Numbered from the whole stretch's first letter, positions 23,460-35,755 are shown. The stretch is DNA of 63,799 nt, filler included, from Cladosporium halotolerans (GCF_011745625.1; 32 parts of 32 records of this genome joined end to end with filler, not necessarily neighbours in it); one strand, 5' to 3'. Notes: a model not told the origin generated them from the letters alone. Translations and numbers: made by a program.

Positions 23460-24429
23460 NNNNNNNNNNNNNNNNNNNNNNNNNNNNNNNNNNNNNNNNN
23501 NNNTTAATTAATTAANNNNNNNNNNNNNNNNNNNNNNNNNNNNNNNNNNNNNNNNNNNNGTTGTGGCAGGCTGCCAAGTTTGCGAGAGGTCGTCCTGACT
23601 CAAGCCCCGGGATTGAAAGAGACTAGCACCACGATGCGTTGGCCTTCAGTCCAAAGTTCTGGAGAAACCACTCTTCTCCAACGCGCAGACAAGCCTGGCA
23701 AGACAGTAAGCAGATCTGGACCCCAACCACTTGCTCCATCGCGCTTCACATTCTTGACTAAAGCTTCAGTGAGACTGCTTCCCCGCCACGTTCGACCAGA
23801 CGCGCTGAGGCAGCAAGCAGGCCCAGGCCCCCCGCCTCCAGCCCTGACCCACTAGACGGCTTGGCTTAGGTTCCAGCATCATCGTTTGCGGAACCGGTTT
23901 CCGGAATTGCATCGTCTTTCTGGTTGATCCCTACGCGGCAGATGCCGTCACCAAGCCCTAAGCCAAATCGAGTTCGAGCTTAATTGCATGCGGCTTGAAG
24001 CCAAGGTGCGGAAGCTGCCGCGCGCGGAGTTTATATCAATAACATCGCAATTCTGGACAATGGTTTCGCAGTCCACTGTAGGACTGCTCTCCCTTGGTGA
24101 TGGGCGAGATGCGGTGGCCGAGCGAAAAGGTCTGTCCCTCGCTTCTGATTCACCGGAAGTCCTGGCCAAAGTTGCCTTGGGCCCGGCGATTGTCGAAAAC
24201 GCTCCACCCCTTGCCGCCGCGGAAGTCCTGTCGCACTTCGGCAAAAGTCCTGGTGAACATATTCACTGGCTCGTTGACAGTACTGCTGGCTTGCCATCAC
24301 AGGGCATATCTTAATGTGAGCACGACGACACTGCCGACGACCTACGAGAAGATCCCCGTGGCATGGTTGATTTGGCTCTGCAGGTGGGCGCTCGTTCTGC
24401 AACATCCAGACGAGCTCGATGCAATCGGA

Positions 24430-24533
24430 AGCCATGGCGGCCGTGATGGAGGGTGGCATCAAACCGATGTTGCCGTGATGGGGGGTGGTATCAAGCCATA
24501 GCGGCCGTGATGGATGGTGGCATCGAGCCATGG
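24430..24533. repeat. Imperfect 32-bp tandem repeat, about 3 copies
   Basis: GCCATRGCGGCCGTGATGGANGGTGGCATCRA units starting near 24431, 24463 and 24495. Confidence 0.75.
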
Positions 24534-26264
24534 AACGCGTGGCATCTGTCGCCTTTGCCAAAGTACCGGCGGGTTGCCAAAATGGGCAGGATCAGAAGTC
24601 AGGTCAAGCCGCAGATCGCGTTGCACCCCATGTATTCGGTAAGTGCCGCCTCAGGGCCAGCCCTGCCATTGCGGAAGGTAACGCCATCACCAAAACTTGG
24701 ACACCTTAATATTTTTGATTGGAGCCAGGGACCAGCGCGATGCGGTGCCTGCTAAGGTTAAACAGCACTCGGCTGGTGGGCGAAGCCTGGCACTACCTGT
24801 TGGCTGACGATCCAGGGAAAGGCTTCAGCGCCACGCGACTGCTGCCAGCCCTCCCATCAAAGGACCGTCCCCGCCGTCTTGACGAGCTTCGGCCTGCCTC
24901 CTTGTCAATGGTGGAACACTGCGCCGTGGAGCTTTGACGGGGCAGGACGAGGATGGCCAACGCTCCAGATCGCCGTCTTTTGGTGGTTGCCCTGGTCATG
25001 CCGACAAGGGCCAACAATCACATGCAGGTGCCGCGCGTCCACGCTCCATTGCTCTACCGGGGTTTCTCCATCAGCACAAGTCTTTCAGATAGGCGGGCCT
25101 GACTTCCCTGAATTACACTCCGGCGTCGAGCTGTGCCGGGGCAGACGGCCCGGAAGCTTCAGGGTGGGCAACTCCGCCTTTGTCTGGCGGATTTGCTGCA
25201 CTTTGGCGAGACTGATCCATTTCACGTGATTGGTGTTGCAAATTTACCTTCGCCTCTCTGACGGCGACCGCGGTTGAGTACACACCACGCAGTCCAAGGG
25301 CACTGTCGGTGTGGGCGGTTTCTCGTCTTGCTGCGCCTGCAACCTGTACGCTGACCACCTAACGCAACGCAGGATGTTTAGGAGCATTCAACCACTGAAA
25401 TCCTGTTCAGTACTGTACTTTGGATCTCCACATACCGATTGCGGAACCTCGGTCCAGCGACGGCAACGAATATTGAGAGGATACCATGAGCAGCCAACCG
25501 ATACAGTAAGTATGGTCTGAGAAGANNNNNNNNNNNNNNNNNNNNNNNNNNNNNNNNNNNNNNNNNNNNTTAATTAATTAANNNNNNNNNNNNNNNNNNN
25601 NNNNNNNNNNNNNNNNNNNNNNNNNTGTGTCAATATGTGACCCGGACATTGGAACCACTCATACTCACCTGGTTTTGGAGCGTAGATGCGAGGTCGTGTA
25701 AAGACATGTTGATCGGTGACGGTGTGGTGCACTGCTTCGAGCAAGAGATGGAATGACTACACCTATGGTGGTATGCATTCAACAAATTTACAATGTCGTC
25801 AAGGCACAGGACCCCGCCGGCTTCGTCACACCGCCAGTCTAACACCACGCAGGATGCTTACATGACAACGTGAGTCATAAATCCCAAGCTCCTTATGTAT
25901 AATACAGGCGATATTGCACTAAAATGCTGGACGGCTTTGAAGCTGAAGGATACGCTGCAACCCCACGATGACCGCAGTACCGTGTCCACGAGATCTTCGG
26001 GTAGCATTGCTTGAAGCCCTAGTAAGATCTACACGTCTGGGCGTCGTTCGATACGTTTCTCTCATGCAGTCGCTAACACTTCGTTCATCATCCATCTGAC
26101 ATCGTAGCAGTCCTTTGCATTGAGATCACGTACAAACTACAGTGGTATGGCCCTTTCGAAAAGAGGACCAACATAAAAGGTATCGCTAGTCCACCAACTT
26201 ATGAAGTACAAATTGGTCAAACAGGTTCCAACATCTCTTATCGCCAGTCACGACCCATTTAAGC

Positions 26265-27079
26265 ATGTCTTCACCTTTCATCCTCGATGACGCAAGACCT
26301 ATTACCCCCTCTGAGGGTGGTCTGTCGAACGAGTCAAACGTTGAGCACCTTTCTTCTGGGCAAGCCATACGTGCACCAGAGGAGGAGGCTCTCTACTGGT
26401 ACGGCAAGCAGGTACTTGCTTTCCGATTGGCGAGTGACGTGATACGTCAGGCCAAGATGGATCTCACCTCGAATGAACTGGACGTAAGTGACTGCATCCC
26501 ATATTTTGAAACAATATTGGACGCGCTTTTAACTTTCTGCAGTTGGAGCTATGCAAGCATATCGCAAGGATTCCCTGTCTAGCTCGGCTCAATGCTGTCA
26601 ATAATGTTGCCGGCCGACCCCTGTGGAGCAGCGCTGTGACATCTCGTGCTGCGGGGTTGAGGGCCTACTATGTGGCTATAGGAGCTCTGGCGAACATTGG
26701 CGATGATCGCAGTGTCCAAAGCTTGGATTCGTTGATCCAGGCTGACACGATCCCACCCGAAGGACTCGTTGATAGGTCCAATGCATCGTACATCACAGAT
26801 CGTCGGGACAGCAACGTGGGTGGCCCTGTGTCTCCGTTACCGAGAAACATTGCTGGTGATAGGCAGCTAGCATACTACAGCATGGCGCTCAAAGAGCACG
26901 GTGACACCATCGGGAGAGAACCGAGATACGACATCGAGCCGTCACCGGTGCACCCGTCTCAATTTCGAGCACGCGTATCAGTGAACGGCTCTTTCTTTGA
27001 AGGAGAAGCGAGTACCAAGAAAAAAGCAAAGCATTTAGCTAGCAAGGAAGCATGTCATGCGTTGGGAATTGCAGTGTAG
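26265..27079 (+). CDS. Protein with C-terminal dsRNA-binding motif and a degenerate RNase III-like helical region (about 251 aa)
   Basis: Intron 26484-26542 joins the frames; C-terminal PRYDIE...FRARVSVNGSFFEGEASTKKKAKHLASKEAC fits the dsRBD G-x-A-x-x-K-K-x-A-K-x-x-A pattern. Confidence 0.75.
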
Positions 27080-27345
27080 GATTTGCATTGGCTTCGCTCT
27101 TTTACATGAGAAACGCGGTGCAGGCGAAAAGACAAACTTCTTGCTTTATGTCCATGTAAATTCATCTTCGATCTATACGTATCAGCACTCGAATCACGCA
27201 CAAAGGGCACCAAGCTTATGTATAAAACTCATCTCAGTCATTACACCACACAGACCTCGGAACGGCGCAACGGTCTTAGTTGCTCTCACCAGTTTGTACA
27301 CTTCCAACGTCGACTCAAAGCTTTTCTTTATCAGAAAAAGCAAGA

Positions 27346-27590
27346 ATGGTTACTTTACAGGATAGTCGGAACATCGACCAGGATGCCACTATTGTATCGT
27401 CTGATCTATATGACAGCTTGTTCCTGCAAAGTCTTCTCCAGCATGGCTCATACCCGCAATCGAAGGACGCGAGAATCACGCATACATATTCAGACACTCG
27501 AACGGACTGGCATAGGTTCTTAGATGACCTCTGTTCTCTATGCGACTCGCAGTGTGGTGGCAAAAGCGTCGTGTCTATCGGTGTGGAGCA
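27346..27590 (+). CDS. N-terminus of a probable fungal OTT_1508-like deaminase family protein (truncated by contig end)
   Basis: RFLDDLCSLCDSQCGGKSVVSIGVE resembles the FLDxLAxLCDxxxGGxTVxAVAxE N-terminal motif as recalled for this family; catalytic HxE/CxxC not in the contig. Confidence 0.45.
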
Positions 27591-28245
27591 NNNNNNNNNN
27601 NNNNNNNNNNNNNNNNNNNNNNNNNNNNNNNNNNTTAATTAATTAANNNNNNNNNNNNNNNNNNNNNNNNNNNNNNNNNNNNNNNNNNNNAGCAGACACA
27701 AGCGACGTTTTGATGCAAGGATCGGTATATATTATCGTCGAAGCGAGCCCACGGCTTTGGTCAAGTTTTAGCTGGCCGCAGGTATGATCGGGGGACCGTG
27801 ACACAAGATTGGGCTGTCACATGTGGCAGCGGGCAGCCGCGGAACAAGCGATGTGCTCCGTGAAATTCCTCCCTGTGAAGGATACCCTTCAGGCGACGGA
27901 GGCGAGCGGTGGAGCTACCATCGTTAAGGAGGGACAGGTAAGCGTAGCACGAAAGCAGTTCCTGCTATTTTGCAACGAGCGGCAACGGCCACACATCTTC
28001 CGGAGACGAGAGCTTAGAACTACCGCGCGCCTATTCTTGGGTGAAGCTCCGCGGCAATTCTTCTCCCGACTTCTAGAACACTGTCACGGTTTATGGGCAC
28101 CTTGTGTTCACTTCAAAAGAAGCACCTTTGCATCTACTGTTGCTACATCATCATGATCTGTTTACCCCAATTCAGGAACGTTCTCTTCTGTACGCGATAA
28201 ACCGGCACGATTCACTCAACGATAGCTAGCTCTATACTTGCAGCT

Positions 28246-28370
28246 ATGAGATCCTCCGATTCGCCTAATATATCCTCTGTCGCAAGAGCCCATAAAGTGA
28301 ACATACCAGCGCTCAGTAAACGGTTCAAACTCAAATCCTCTTCTAAAGCTCTTGAAGCTGAAGTGCGATG
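28246..28370 (+). pseudogene. Possible pogo/Fot1-like transposase N-terminal HTH remnant
   Basis: NISSVARAHKVNIPALSKRF resembles the Psq-type HTH start of fungal pogo transposases; very short. Confidence 0.3.
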
Positions 28371-28730
28371 TCACGTCTGGAAAATGCGCTGGGTACTAAT
28401 AAACCACGTTAGAGATTGTCCTTCAATCTAAATCCCCGCCAACAGGGCTGCTACATTCGCCCGCACTCCCACTCGGCATACGGATGATCCGCTTGCCGAC
28501 CTTCTTGAGCACCCACTTGCCGTCCTTGGGCCGCCGCCCACCGGCCGTCTTGGTCGTTGCCCTCAGGCTTGACAACCTCGGCGGAGTTGTTCTGTTGCCT
28601 TTGGCCGGGGCCCCTTCTATTCTTGTATCGAGGCGGCCCGTATCCCGACTAGTCTCGCCTGGGCAGATACGATCGCAGCTTCGGAATCGTCGATGGCGGA
28701 AAGAGAAAGTCATTGCTGGCCGCAAACACC

Positions 28731-29635
28731 CTACTCAGCTGACGACACCTCGCTCGCTAGGCCACACCCACTGCTCGGGCAGTGCATGTTATATGAACCC
28801 TCGCTGGCGGGCGTCTGTGGCGTCTCCAGCTGGAAATCCATCTGGCTCCTGATACTCAAAATCCACTCGTGCTGCAGCAGTTCGGCGGCAGACGCGCGCT
28901 TGCTGGGGTCGCGCGAAAAACACCTACGCAAGAAGTCCAAGCCGAGATCGCTGAGCTGGTCCTTGGTAGGCATCTGCGGGCTGCAACCTTGAGCGATGTT
29001 GTACATGATGGCCCACTCGTTGTCGAGCGAGGCCCAGGGGCGGGCGCCGGTGGCCATTTCGGTGACGACGCAGCCGAGCGACCAAACATCGACAGCGCCG
29101 AGGCGGACGTGGTGGTGCTTGCCGCCCTTGACCACTTCGGGGGACATGTACATGGGCGTGCCAGTGATGGATTCCTGACGGGGTTTGCCGGAAGGTCCAT
29201 CCATGACTATGGTCTTGCCCTGGTTGGCGATGACTTTGGCGGCGCCGAAGTCGACGAATTTGATGATGCCGTTGTGGTCGAGAAGAATGTTCTCGGGCTT
29301 GATGTCGCGGTGCACGACATTGGCTTCGTGCAGGTAGCCGAGGCCTTCGAGCATTTGCAGGGCGTAGACTTGGATGACGGTCTCGTCTTCTACACGGCCG
29401 TGTTCGAGCATGCCTGCCAACGAGCCACCGGGGCAGTATTCCATGAAGATGTACACCTTATCCCTGTGAGGCTCAATGCCGTAGTACTGTACGATGTTCG
29501 GGTGGTCGAGGACTTGCAAGACGCCCATTTCGTCTTTGATTTGGGAGACGATGGTTGGGATAAGCTTTGGATCTTGAAGGCGGATTTCCTTGACAGCCAT
29601 CAATTGGCCGGAGTCAAGATTAATAGCAGTGTAGA
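28731..29635 (-). CDS. SSK2: MAPKKK Ssk2/Wis4-like kinase domain (3' part of gene)
   Basis: AINLDSGQLMAVKEIRLQDP, HRDIKPENILLDHNGIIKFVDFGAAKVIA, GTPMYMSPE, LDNEWAIMYNIAQG. Confidence 0.85.
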
Positions 29636-29735
29636 NNNNNNNNNNNNNNNNNNNNNNNNNNNNNNNNNNNNNNNNNNNNTTAATTAATTAANNNNNNNNN
29701 NNNNNNNNNNNNNNNNNNNNNNNNNNNNNNNNNNN

Positions 29736-29833
29736 AATTGATTGATTGGTCATGAGGTGCAACTTGATTGATTGCTTAGTCAACAATCAATCAATCAAGT
29801 TGTCAAGTAAAAAATTGATTGTGCACACCTCTG
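29736..29833 (-). mobile_element. hAT family B terminus
   Basis: Ends ...TTGATTGTGCACACCTCTG; reverse complement of 19172-19268. Confidence 0.8.
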
Positions 29834-30839
29834 AACGTTGGATCCAAAACGGAGACTGACCGTCCATCCCAGCCGCTGCATACAGTTCACTGTATTCTGC
29901 GAAGCTCACAATTCTTTCGATACATTGAGCCGGTACCCAGTCGTACACAAGCCAATGGTCGACGCTCGTAAATTTCACCCCGTCTTGTCGCGCTGCTGAA
30001 TAAACGGTGATGTTCGCCTGTGCGGCCAAAAGATCTGAGCGTTGATAGATAATACCCATGCGACGGAGCTTCTCAACGTTCACGAAAGCTACGCGACGAT
30101 GGTCATCCGCGGAGGGTGGATGTTTTGCAAGCGGTGAATCCTTCAAGAGCCACTTGGTGTTGTCTGTCAGAGAGATGAAAGGCGAAGGCCTTTCGCGGCT
30201 CTCACAATGACTTTTCAAATGTTTTCGGGAGAGTATTCCCAGCTTTATGAGTGTCTGTACACCCTCCGCCGAAGGATTCAGGTGTGACCCGCTACTGCGG
30301 AACCCAAGATCCGCAGAGTAGTAGGTGTGAGATGTTCCTGGTATGAAAATTCTAAGAAGAATCTGAGGCTCAAGGAACGGATTGACAGGTCGTCTTGGTG
30401 TCGGGATAGAAGGTGGGTTCGGTCCGAGTTGATAGCTTGCCAGAGCAGCTTGGAGCACACACAGAAGACGAAGCACGGCAGTATGCTCCTCCAAGCGGCA
30501 ATCTATGTCTTTGAGCTCTTCGTTGACAGTCCTGACCAGCGTATGTGATTGTTCAGCTCGAGGTATGTGGTAGCGTTGACCATAGACAATGAATGGTAAT
30601 ATGCGTAGGCGTAGGAAATCTACCGCGCTATAACACTCGCGAAGTCGCGCGGTTCGTGAGGCTAGCGTGAGATACATTCCATGAGCGGCTTGGTCATCGA
30701 AACGAGGCCAATCGCTTGGAAGCAAGACAGGTACGCCGGCGGAGTTTCTTCGTGACGCATAGTAACTGGCGAATTTCGAGGCCATGGGGCTCAATACAAA
30801 CTCGATGAGTTTCACGAAGCGACATTGGAGCCTAATCAT
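29787..30839 (-). CDS. Hypothetical protein with an ADP-ribosyltransferase-like (DUF7587-like) domain; 3' end disrupted by hAT
   Basis: LLRIF...HL..H...PSPFISLT...VAFVN...HWLVYDWVPAQCI follows R-S-E ART motif spacing. Confidence 0.55.
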   Translation of the reverse strand: MIRLQCRFVKLIEFVLSPMASKFASYYASRRNSAGVPVLLPSDWPRFDDQAAHGMYLTLASRTARLRECYSAVDFLRLRILPFIVYGQRYHIPRAEQSHTLVRTVNEELKDIDCRLEEHTAVLRLLCVLQAALASYQLGPNPPSIPTPRRPVNPFLEPQILLRIFIPGTSHTYYSADLGFRSSGSHLNPSAEGVQTLIKLGILSRKHLKSHCESRERPSPFISLTDNTKWLLKDSPLAKHPPSADDHRRVAFVNVEKLRRMGIIYQRSDLLAAQANITVYSAARQDGVKFTSVDHWLVYDWVPAQCIERIVSFAEYSELYAAAGMDGQSPFWIQRSEVCTINFLLDNLID

Positions 30840-31580
30840 CCGCGATCGCCTGAAACTTCAAAGAGTGTGGGGCGCTACAGCCGGGGTCATCGGACCGTGC
30901 TTGACACCGCCGTATTGTGCAGAGTCCGTCACCCCCGCCAAGACAACCTTGCCAGGAGACAACGGGGTTTTCACCGCAATTCCGTGGGGTACGATAGGTC
31001 GTCGCTTAACAGCGGAGAGATTTCGCACGCTAATCCTCTCGCTTCCATAACAGATGTTCAGCCCTGCGCCAATCCATTAGCGCCCGCTCAAAGCTGAGCA
31101 ATCAGAGACACAAGAAGCATGGTATAGCGGCCAGGACCTAATACTTGGAAGCAGGGGTAAGCTCGGCTGACGCTCCCAGCCTATGGCGGATGACACTGAA
31201 GCCTATTGATGGCATGAATTTGTTCCGTACGGGTATTCCAAGTTCGGACATCTCTGGGACAAACTCGATCAAGACCCTCTACTCGAACGGCATGAGGTAT
31301 TGCTGGCGCTGGGCTTTCGCTTCATTGGATCTACGGCCGCGCGCACGAGCGTGGAGGGTATAAAGGGGGTTATCGCCGTGATCTGCAATAGCACGCATTA
31401 ATCTCGGTTGGCCTTCTGCAAGACCCTGCGCCAAAGCCAGGCTGGCTCTGTCCATCCTTGCGATGTCGCCGCACTGTCAAAGTACAGCGATACACTACGA
31501 TGGCCGGTGGACAGTCGAGAGGAAAAGCGGCTGATCGGCCAACCCTGTAGAATGCCAAGCATTGCCAGACTCAACGGCTA

Positions 31581-31679
31581 CCTCCGCTTTTCCGAAAGTT
31601 TTCGAATTTTGCCAAGCCATGGAGCCATCCGTCGCCGCGGAATGCTTCTCAATCGTACTGAGAATAATCAACAGACCAA
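31581..31679 (+). mobile_element. 5' terminus of a second Tc1-like element related to 4521-6260
   Basis: TA|CCTCCGCTTTTCCGAAAGTTTTCGAATTTTGCCAAGCCATGG; continues homologous to the reverse complement of about 6160-6260. Confidence 0.85.
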
Positions 31680-32159
31680 NNNNNNNNNNNNNNNNNNNNN
31701 NNNNNNNNNNNNNNNNNNNNNNNTTAATTAATTAANNNNNNNNNNNNNNNNNNNNNNNNNNNNNNNNNNNNNNNNNNNNTGGTCAAGGCTGGCTTCGCTG
31801 AAGTCTTCAGTCTGGAAAGCTCACACTCAGGCCCGCCGTGGAGCTGCCGGGAATATATACCCACCAGGTCACATTCGGTCAAGACATTGCGATCTGCCGA
31901 TCATGATCGAGAGGGTCCTCCCTGTTTACCTGCAGCAGTCTTTTCCGCCTGAAATGTACTTCACTGCGGCTGATCACAAAATGCCGACATCGTCAACTGC
32001 GTCGCAAGGACTGCACATACTATATATTGACTATAATTTTTGGCGCAGCACCAAGTCACAGTCCTTCTGCTGTATGCTTTGCAAGATCCAGCAAGAACGC
32101 CATGCCGATAGTAAAACGAGCGCCGAAGGCCGCCAGACGTTGGTTCGAAGTCATCGCAA

Positions 32160-33340
32160 TAGCATCTCCGGCCATGACGACCCTTTTTTCTTGGTCCGCT
32201 CGTCGTCCAAACGACCCAACATCTTTGTCCTTCGATCCAGTGGATGCTTTCAGACCCGGGTACTCCGCGAGAAGACGCCCCCACGCGAATAAGTCTCTGG
32301 AACAGATCGGTCCGGCACCTGGTCGCACCGCAATCACTGATCCCGAGCTTTGCGTCGGCATCGTCACCGTGCAAAGTGATAGCCACTATCTTCGCTCATC
32401 AGTTGTTTCCTTTCTGGACGGCTTGTCTCCGGAGGAGCGCGATGGAGTTCACCTAGAAACCCTGATTGCGGCTACAGGCCCAGGTACGCACAGTGCCCAC
32501 ACTACAACCAGGCTCGGCTTTACCGCGGAACGAACCGCGTTCTCGCGTACGAAGCAGCGTCGGGAGAGGAGCGCGCGATGCCCTGAGAGCTAGAAGCACG
32601 CGATTCGGATCACCAGGTGAAGCGCCTCCGTGAGTACGTCAAGGTTTTACGCAGCCGTCACTCCACCGGTGCGCCTTTTGTCATGATCCTTGACCATGAT
32701 CTTTTGGCTGGTGGTGGTTAGTATCGTTGGGCCCAGCGTACACTGTGACAGCTGCGAGAATCGAGAGGTTTGACAGCACCCTCTATCTACGCCTCTTCTA
32801 CAGCTCGCACCTACTCAGATGGAACAAAGAAGAGTGGTTGAGCTACAGTCTCTCTGGAAGGCCCTAGTGATCGAAGCTGCATTCTTCTTGACGTTGGCCT
32901 TTATCCACGCCATCGACGCGTCAACCACCAGGATATTGGACGGCGTCACCGTCAGCCTGGTAATGGTTGTCTAAGTGCCAATGTGCATAGGACTGTTCCT
33001 CGCTGCTGGTAGGCGTACGATTTCACGAGGGATTCAGCGGATGCACGGGTGGGGGTGTTGATCGCAAGCCCTAACATTCCCACATCTACAAGTGTTCGGT
33101 CTCGCGGACTTCCTCGATCGTGGTGGCGTTGGCTTTGTCGACTCAATCGCGGAAGAGTACGCAGACGCTGAGCGTGTGGGGCTATGCGCGCTGGTACCAC
33201 CTGTGTTGCAACACGTTGGTAAGAAAAGCTCCAAGGGTGATTATTCTGGGGAAGGAGCACGTTGGCGACGGAGCGTCGCGCAGACCATTTGGAACTCCAA
33301 GTACCAAAGTCTCGACCAGAGCTGGCTGGAGGCATAGTAA
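32160..33340 (+). pseudogene. Decayed fungal membrane glycosyltransferase-like gene
   Basis: DPTSLSFDP...YSARR...LCVGIVTV...YLRSSVVSFLDGLSPEER...LYLRLFY...WNKEEW motifs broken by stops and frameshifts. Confidence 0.55.
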
Positions 33341-35556
33341 GAGTGCTCGATGGTACAGTAGCATCTGAAGCAGGGGATGATCTGAGCGCGTCATGCCGTT
33401 GTCGGGGCGCATGACTGTGTTGCTCTTCACGCCGACACGTGAAGATAGGACTCTGGCCTGAGATGAAGTAATGGTCCGGTGAGCAATATGCACTGTAATG
33501 TAACATTACTGTAGGATCGGTAGTGTTCCATCCGCATAAATGCGTCGTCAGCATAGCCCTGCTACGATCGTGCGGCATCTGGCATAGAGTAGACGATATC
33601 TTAATGCCTACCTGACAGAAAGCGAAGTACACCTGCTTGCGCGTCCAGCTTGCCAAGTCAGATCACATTAGTTTAACNNNNNNNNNNNNNNNNNNNNNNN
33701 NNNNNNNNNNNNNNNNNNNNNTTAATTAATTAANNNNNNNNNNNNNNNNNNNNNNNNNNNNNNNNNNNNNNNNNNNNGCCATGGTTAGGAAGATATCGCG
33801 TGTTGAAGCGCGTTGTTGTCGAGCTTCCAAAGTGTGCACGAGTCAGGGATGTGCACGAGCCAGGGAAGACGTCTAGGGTAATCCGCTAGCGCGCGCTTTC
33901 ACACGCCCAATAGCAGTCACCTATCAAGCTTTTCCCATAATGCTGATTCTGATGAAGATGATGATGACGGCAATGGTGATGACGACGGTTGATGGTGACG
34001 ATGATGATCATGATGCTATCTCATACATGGCTATGCGTATGAGCCGTCCCAGAATACTGCCTTTCCACGACGATGAAAGTTGCCTTGCAGTCCTATGTTA
34101 GCCACCTTGTCTATCCGACCCTCATGTCCGGAGACCGAGATAGACTGCAAGTCTGGTAAAGAGACCGGATGGAAGCGCTGGCGGTGGCGACCTTAAGATC
34201 CGGCTTCCAAGCCTCACGTGAGCCATCCATAAACTTACCCGTTTGAAACGTCCTTGCGGCCACTCTATTCCCGCGGCAAGTGCGAAGCGTCTCCCCCCAC
34301 CAATCGCCTGCTGGTTGTCGAAGCGTTTTCCGGCTTCAGCACACCAATCGCATTGTGGCAGCAATGCCGCAGCCGCATGACGACGTCCGCAGACACATGT
34401 CAAATTGTCCGCTAGCTTCTTCCTGAACAGACAGGCGCTCAGCCCGCAGAGGCTCTAATGAGGAAAACGTTCCTTGTGAAAACCACTTTAACTGGCCGTG
34501 GGTTTACGGGAGCTAACGGCTGACCATTCCGTCGGACACAGCTCCTATGCAATATATGCACCTCCATGACTAGCCCCGCATTTTCATGTTCACGAATTTA
34601 GTTATTATCTGTCAGACTGCTACGGAGATGTCCGCCTGGAGCGACGCACATGGGCTCGATTCATTAGTCTGCTAGCGACGCTAACGTGAAAAAAGGTTTG
34701 CGAGGCTGCATCTTTACAAGTGACGAAAGCGAGCTATTCTAGCGTCGTTGACTGTCCGTCAATGCCGAATCACGTGGCACTGAGTGAGACGCTGAGGTCG
34801 CCACACCGCATTTCTGCCATCGCGACTTTTCTTTCGAGGGTTGTTGCCCACAGCGCGCTGTTGACTTTGTTCTACGGCAATTCGCGCAGAAAAAAGGTTT
34901 GGCGGACGATTTGGTGCCAAGTGTAACCAAAGCTATCTCTCTTGACCATGTGCGACGCAATCCTGGGGGCGTCTGATCTCTGTCGAGGGGCAAACCTTGT
35001 CTCCAAGTCTGGTCGGCTTTCCAACACGTACTTACTGTATGTGATACGCCATTTCGGATCGCCACCAAGACAGTTTTTTCTGCCTTCGCGCATTCGGGCC
35101 ACTTCGTTTAAAACTCTGGGTAACAGATCGCCTATGTTTTCCACACGAAGGGTTCCAGTAAGTATACTAATTAGGTATCCCTCTCTATCGCCGCTTTCAG
35201 CGCGGTATCCGTTGACACTGCTAGGCCATTGCAGTCGTACTGTAGCACCAACATCGTCGATGGACGTGAGAATCGGGTTGCTTGGGCTCTACACCATGTC
35301 GGTGATCAGACTGCCCCACCTGTTGGCCTAAGTGATAACCTAACCTATAGGAATTACAGATTGACGCCGGACTCCACGCACAGCACTGGTTGTTTAGGAA
35401 TCCATTTTTCCACCGGGCGTTTTGTACAGCAGCGGCTCGCTCGTACAGCAGCGGTCGTCCTTCTGCCCGTAGAACTTCACTTGCCAAGCGCGGAATGCAA
35501 TCCTGTCTTGGCGGCTTTGTCCACCAGTGCGATGAAAGTCGTTCAACAATCTGAAT

Positions 35557-35655
35557 CAGTGGTGTCCACAAGCAAGCAAGCGCCGTGCTTGAGGTCCGTC
35601 CGCTTGCTTGCTTGATATGCGGTATTGTGCTTGCTTGCTTGCTTGAATAGACCGA
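35557..35655 (+). mobile_element. hAT family A terminus
   Basis: Identical to 21271-21369. Confidence 0.85.
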
Positions 35656-35755
35656 NNNNNNNNNNNNNNNNNNNNNNNNNNNNNNNNNNNNNNNNNNNNT
35701 TAATTAATTAANNNNNNNNNNNNNNNNNNNNNNNNNNNNNNNNNNNNNNNNNNNN

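Noticed and set aside
23560..25525. ORFs such as 23988-24314 and 24031-24561
   Set aside because: No family motif; competing frames on both strands
28869..29687. 272-aa plus-strand ORF
   Set aside because: Antisense shadow of the GC3-rich Ssk2 kinase frame
33945..34015. (GAT/GAC)n acidic-coding-like run
   Set aside because: Degenerate microsatellite with no supporting ORF
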